This document shows positions 63,601 to 64,000 of a stretch of 64,000 nt of DNA, piece after piece. The DNA is taken from contig CAIIXF020000001.1 of NCBI GenBank assembly GCA_903813345.2, positions 16,802,001 through 16,866,000 of the forward strand, read 5' to 3'. How positions within the stretch are numbered: the stretch's first letter is position 1; every line of letters starts with the position of its first letter. This DNA comes from Owenia fusiformis. Taxonomy: Eukaryota. Position numbers and translations under genes: made by a program. Below the pieces are notes generated by a model. It saw nothing but the letters and a program-made list of their open reading frames with translations. It did no database searches and was not told the origin of the DNA.

Positions 63601-64000
63601 ATGTGCATACTATTGCTGGTGTGCTGTTATGTCTATACATGTTGTATGTATATTGATCTGAGACTAACTTTTTATGATGGTCTCAGATATTGATGCAAAG
63701 AATATTGATTATCTAACTGTGGATGGAAAAAGTATATGCATGTACTGTATTTATTGTAAACCATTATTTCTTCTAGATTTTGCACAAAGAATACTTGTAT
63801 TTAGTTTGAAAATAAGATATATGCCAATGTATGAAATAAAATCAATAGAAAGTAAAGAAAATATGATTTTTGTTAATTTTGTTGTTTAAAACGCAGACAC
63901 TTATCAGCTTGAAAATCAAAACAACAAGTTCAGGATGTCCATTTCCATTTTTATAAAACTAAGCATGTATGTTTATTGAAAACTTAAAACGTATAAAATT

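Overview
AT-rich, intron-rich animal genomic DNA, probably a lophotrochozoan invertebrate such as a mollusc (inferred from gene and repeat content). I hand-spliced four protein-coding genes using GT-AG boundaries and phase continuity. (1) Minus strand, 1276-12717: a secreted chitin-binding type-2-like plus laminin-G/ConA-like protein (Pif/LamG3-like), 8 exons, ~365 aa. (2) Minus strand, 16021-32430: EFCAB7, 17 coding exons, ~646 aa. (3) Plus strand, 37105-53481: a gene divergent from EFCAB7 whose short flanking exons resemble vertebrate CENP-R/ITGB3BP, with a 1497-nt frame-neutral acidic exon in the middle. (4) Minus strand, 44114-46508: nested antisense in an intron of gene 3, an intact 2-exon gene fusing a NERD/PD-(D/E)xK-type nuclease to a Schlafen-like SF1 helicase. 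Gene 4 is the best candidate for an undescribed innate-immunity effector. The rest is rich in transposons: an Academ-type foldback, a CAC..GTG palindromic element, two LINEs, several Helentron-associated (HINE-like) elements, mariner remnants, MITEs and tandem repeats, including a 156-bp array that duplicates an EFCAB7 splice acceptor. No rRNA, tRNA or CRISPR array was found. All homology calls come from motif recognition and remembered sequences, not from database searches.
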